From: an uncultured Thermoleophilaceae bacterium
GTDB lineage: Bacteria; Actinomycetota; Thermoleophilia; Solirubrobacterales; JACPNS01
Direction: 5' to 3'
Assembly: GCA_964455545.1 (NCBI GenBank)
Contig: CAYVWQ010000013.1
Span: forward strand, 2,868-66,867
Length of the DNA stretch: 64,000 nt
Within the stretch, counting starts at the first letter, position 1, and every line of letters begins with the position of its first letter. The notes below the pieces were generated by a model that was not told the origin of the DNA, made no database searches, and saw only the letters and a program-made list of their open reading frames with translations. The position numbers were made by a program, and so were the translations under genes. Shown piece by piece: positions 62,581-64,000 of the stretch.

Positions 62581-63732
62581 ATGACGATCCTCGACTGGTC
62601 GATCATTCTGGGCGTGATCATCTTCGCCGCGTGGGGCTTTCGCCAGGGCGCGGTGATCGGCGTGAGCTCGCTTGTCGGCTTCCTCGGCGGGACGCTCGTC
62701 GGCGTCAACGTCGCGGGACGGCTGCTTGAAAGCGGCAACGACTCCGCGTACACACCGCTGCTCGCGCTGGCCGCCGCATTGCTCGTCGGCGGGATCCTCG
62801 CCGAGATCGTTCTGTTCGTCGGCTACAAGGTCCGCGTCCGCTTCACGAGCCGCGGGGCGCGCAGGCTCGACGGCGCGGCCGGAGCGTTGTTGCTCGCGGC
62901 CTTCGCGATCGGGGTGGTGTGGATCGGTGCCGCTGCGATAACCCAGTCACGCGCCAACAAGGAGCTGCGTCAGTCGATCCGCTCGTCGGCGGTGGTGAAG
63001 CAGATCAACGCGCTGCTGCCGCCCAGCAGCGGCGTGCTGGAAGCCCTCTCGCGCATCGATCCGGTGCCGCAGATCAACGGACCGGCGCCGAACGTGCCTG
63101 CGCCCGACGGCTCGATCACGGCTGACCCCGATGTGACACGCGCCGCGCGCTCGACGGTGCGGGTCACCGGGACGGCGTGCAACTACGGCGTCGAGGGATC
63201 GGGCTGGATCGCCTCGCCGCAGATCATCGTCACGAACGCCCACGTGGTGGCCGGGCAGACCGACACGGTTGTGCAGGAACGAGGAGACGGCGTCAAGTAC
63301 CGCGCCGTCGTCCTTCACTTCGACCCGCGCAACGACATCGCGATCCTCTACGCGCCCGGCGTCACGGCGCCTCCACTGCAGCTCGTGACCGACACCGAGA
63401 AGGGAACTTCCGGCGCGATCATCGGATACCCGCTGAACGGCCCGCTCGACCTCCAGGCCGCGCGTATCGGCTCGACATCGACCGTGGTGTCGGACGACAT
63501 CTACGGGAACGGGCCACTCACGCGGCGGATGACGACCTTCCGCGGCAAGGTTCGCCACGGCAACTCGGGCGGCCCGATCGTCGATGCCGAAGGCCGCGTG
63601 CGCTCGACTGTGTTCGCCGCCAAGAGCGACTCCGACAACACCCGCGGATACGGCGTTCCGGGCAAGCAGATTGCCGATGCGCTCGGCTCGGTCGACGTGA
63701 ACCGCGTGGTTTCGACCGGCGGCTGTACCTAG
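62581..63732 (+). CDS. CvpA-like membrane domain fused to a trypsin-like serine protease (MarP-like)
   Basis: Four N-terminal TM helices, then catalytic His (VTNAHVV), Asp (NDIAIL) and Ser (GNSGGP). Confidence 0.8.
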   Translation: MTILDWSIILGVIIFAAWGFRQGAVIGVSSLVGFLGGTLVGVNVAGRLLESGNDSAYTPLLALAAALLVGGILAEIVLFVGYKVRVRFTSRGARRLDGAAGALLLAAFAIGVVWIGAAAITQSRANKELRQSIRSSAVVKQINALLPPSSGVLEALSRIDPVPQINGPAPNVPAPDGSITADPDVTRAARSTVRVTGTACNYGVEGSGWIASPQIIVTNAHVVAGQTDTVVQERGDGVKYRAVVLHFDPRNDIAILYAPGVTAPPLQLVTDTEKGTSGAIIGYPLNGPLDLQAARIGSTSTVVSDDIYGNGPLTRRMTTFRGKVRHGNSGGPIVDAEGRVRSTVFAAKSDSDNTRGYGVPGKQIADALGSVDVNRVVSTGGCT

Positions 63733-63772
63733 CCTGCCTTTCCGTCAGGTGCGAGGCCTAAATTGGCCTCCA

Positions 63773-64000
63773 ATGTCACTCTGTTTCATCGAGCCGCAGG
63801 ATGCCGTTCGCGTGGTCGCGAATTCGGTCGGCCGCGAAGCCCGCCGGCAGCTCGTCACCGAGGTCGTTCAAGCATGGGTCAACTCGCTGCCGGACAGTGA
63901 ACTGCCGATCCACTACGCCGAGGCGATCCGCGCCCTCGACGAGAACGACCTGACGGTCCTTGCCGCGTGGCACGCCTCGCTCGAGGTCGGCCAGCCGGTC
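63773..64000 (+). CDS. Hypothetical protein, N-terminal fragment running off the window
   Basis: Not in the ORF track because it has no stop. The frame from the ATG at 63773 is open for 76 codons with GC-rich third positions (MSLCFIEPQDAVRVVANSVGREARRQLVTEVVQAW...). Confidence 0.4.
   Translation, partial: MSLCFIEPQDAVRVVANSVGREARRQLVTEVVQAWVNSLPDSELPIHYAEAIRALDENDLTVLAAWHASLEVGQPV

Noticed and set aside
63776-63973. 65-aa minus-strand ORF at the window end
   Set aside because: The opposite (plus) frame is open to the window edge, with better codon bias and a more protein-like translation.
1-64000. Defence island, prophage or toxin-antitoxin content
   Set aside because: No phage structural genes, integrases, restriction/modification enzymes, Cas proteins, or the nuclease/ATPase/TIR/SIR2-type domains typical of defence systems were recognised in any frame. 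The only mobile-type gene is the Y1 transposase.

Overview
High-GC chromosomal segment, with strong G/C at third codon positions. It looks actinobacterial (carD, a lysA-hom-thrC-thrB block, a MarP-like protease, a c-di-AMP riboswitch ahead of cell-wall hydrolases), possibly a deep-branching class such as Thermoleophilia or Rubrobacteria, but that placement is a guess. Most of the window is tightly packed housekeeping DNA; many long antisense ORFs in the track are GC-driven artefacts. Contents in order: (1) a surface-glycan cluster at 1-10.2 kb (GT2s, flippase, NodB deacetylase, large polytopic membrane protein, double-GT2, GT4). (2) A conserved radA-disA-carD-ispD-ispF-gltX-cysS-rlmB-sigma block in Bacillus-like order. 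It is interrupted by a secreted FN3/CotH pair between radA and disA, and by a two-component system plus PHP phosphatase between ispD and ispF. It ends in a sigma factor that closely resembles Firmicute Spo0H/sigma-H. (3) An ABC-2 exporter, tRNA-Thr(UGU), a PlsC-GpsA fusion, and an ECF sigma / putative anti-sigma / Zn-ribbon rhomboid trio. (4) A lower-GC Y1 (IS200/RAYT-type) transposase bracketed by two covarying hairpins. (5) Hbd/thiolase/acyl-CoA dehydrogenase genes and two tandem HD-GYP paralogs. (6) A ydaO-type c-di-AMP riboswitch ahead of a P60 + M23 hydrolase pair that share an N-terminal coiled-coil module. (7) lgt, a Znu-like operon with a permease-binding-protein fusion, zur with a Zur box, lysA-hom-thrC-thrB, a stand-alone gltB, and a MarP-like protease. 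No CRISPR array, rRNA, integrase or recognisable defence genes were seen. The best second-look candidates are the sigma-H-like factor, the hairpin-flanked Y1 transposase, the ArnC/D/T-like glycan module, the FN3-CotH insertion, the short GluRS, and the riboswitch-controlled hydrolase cassette.
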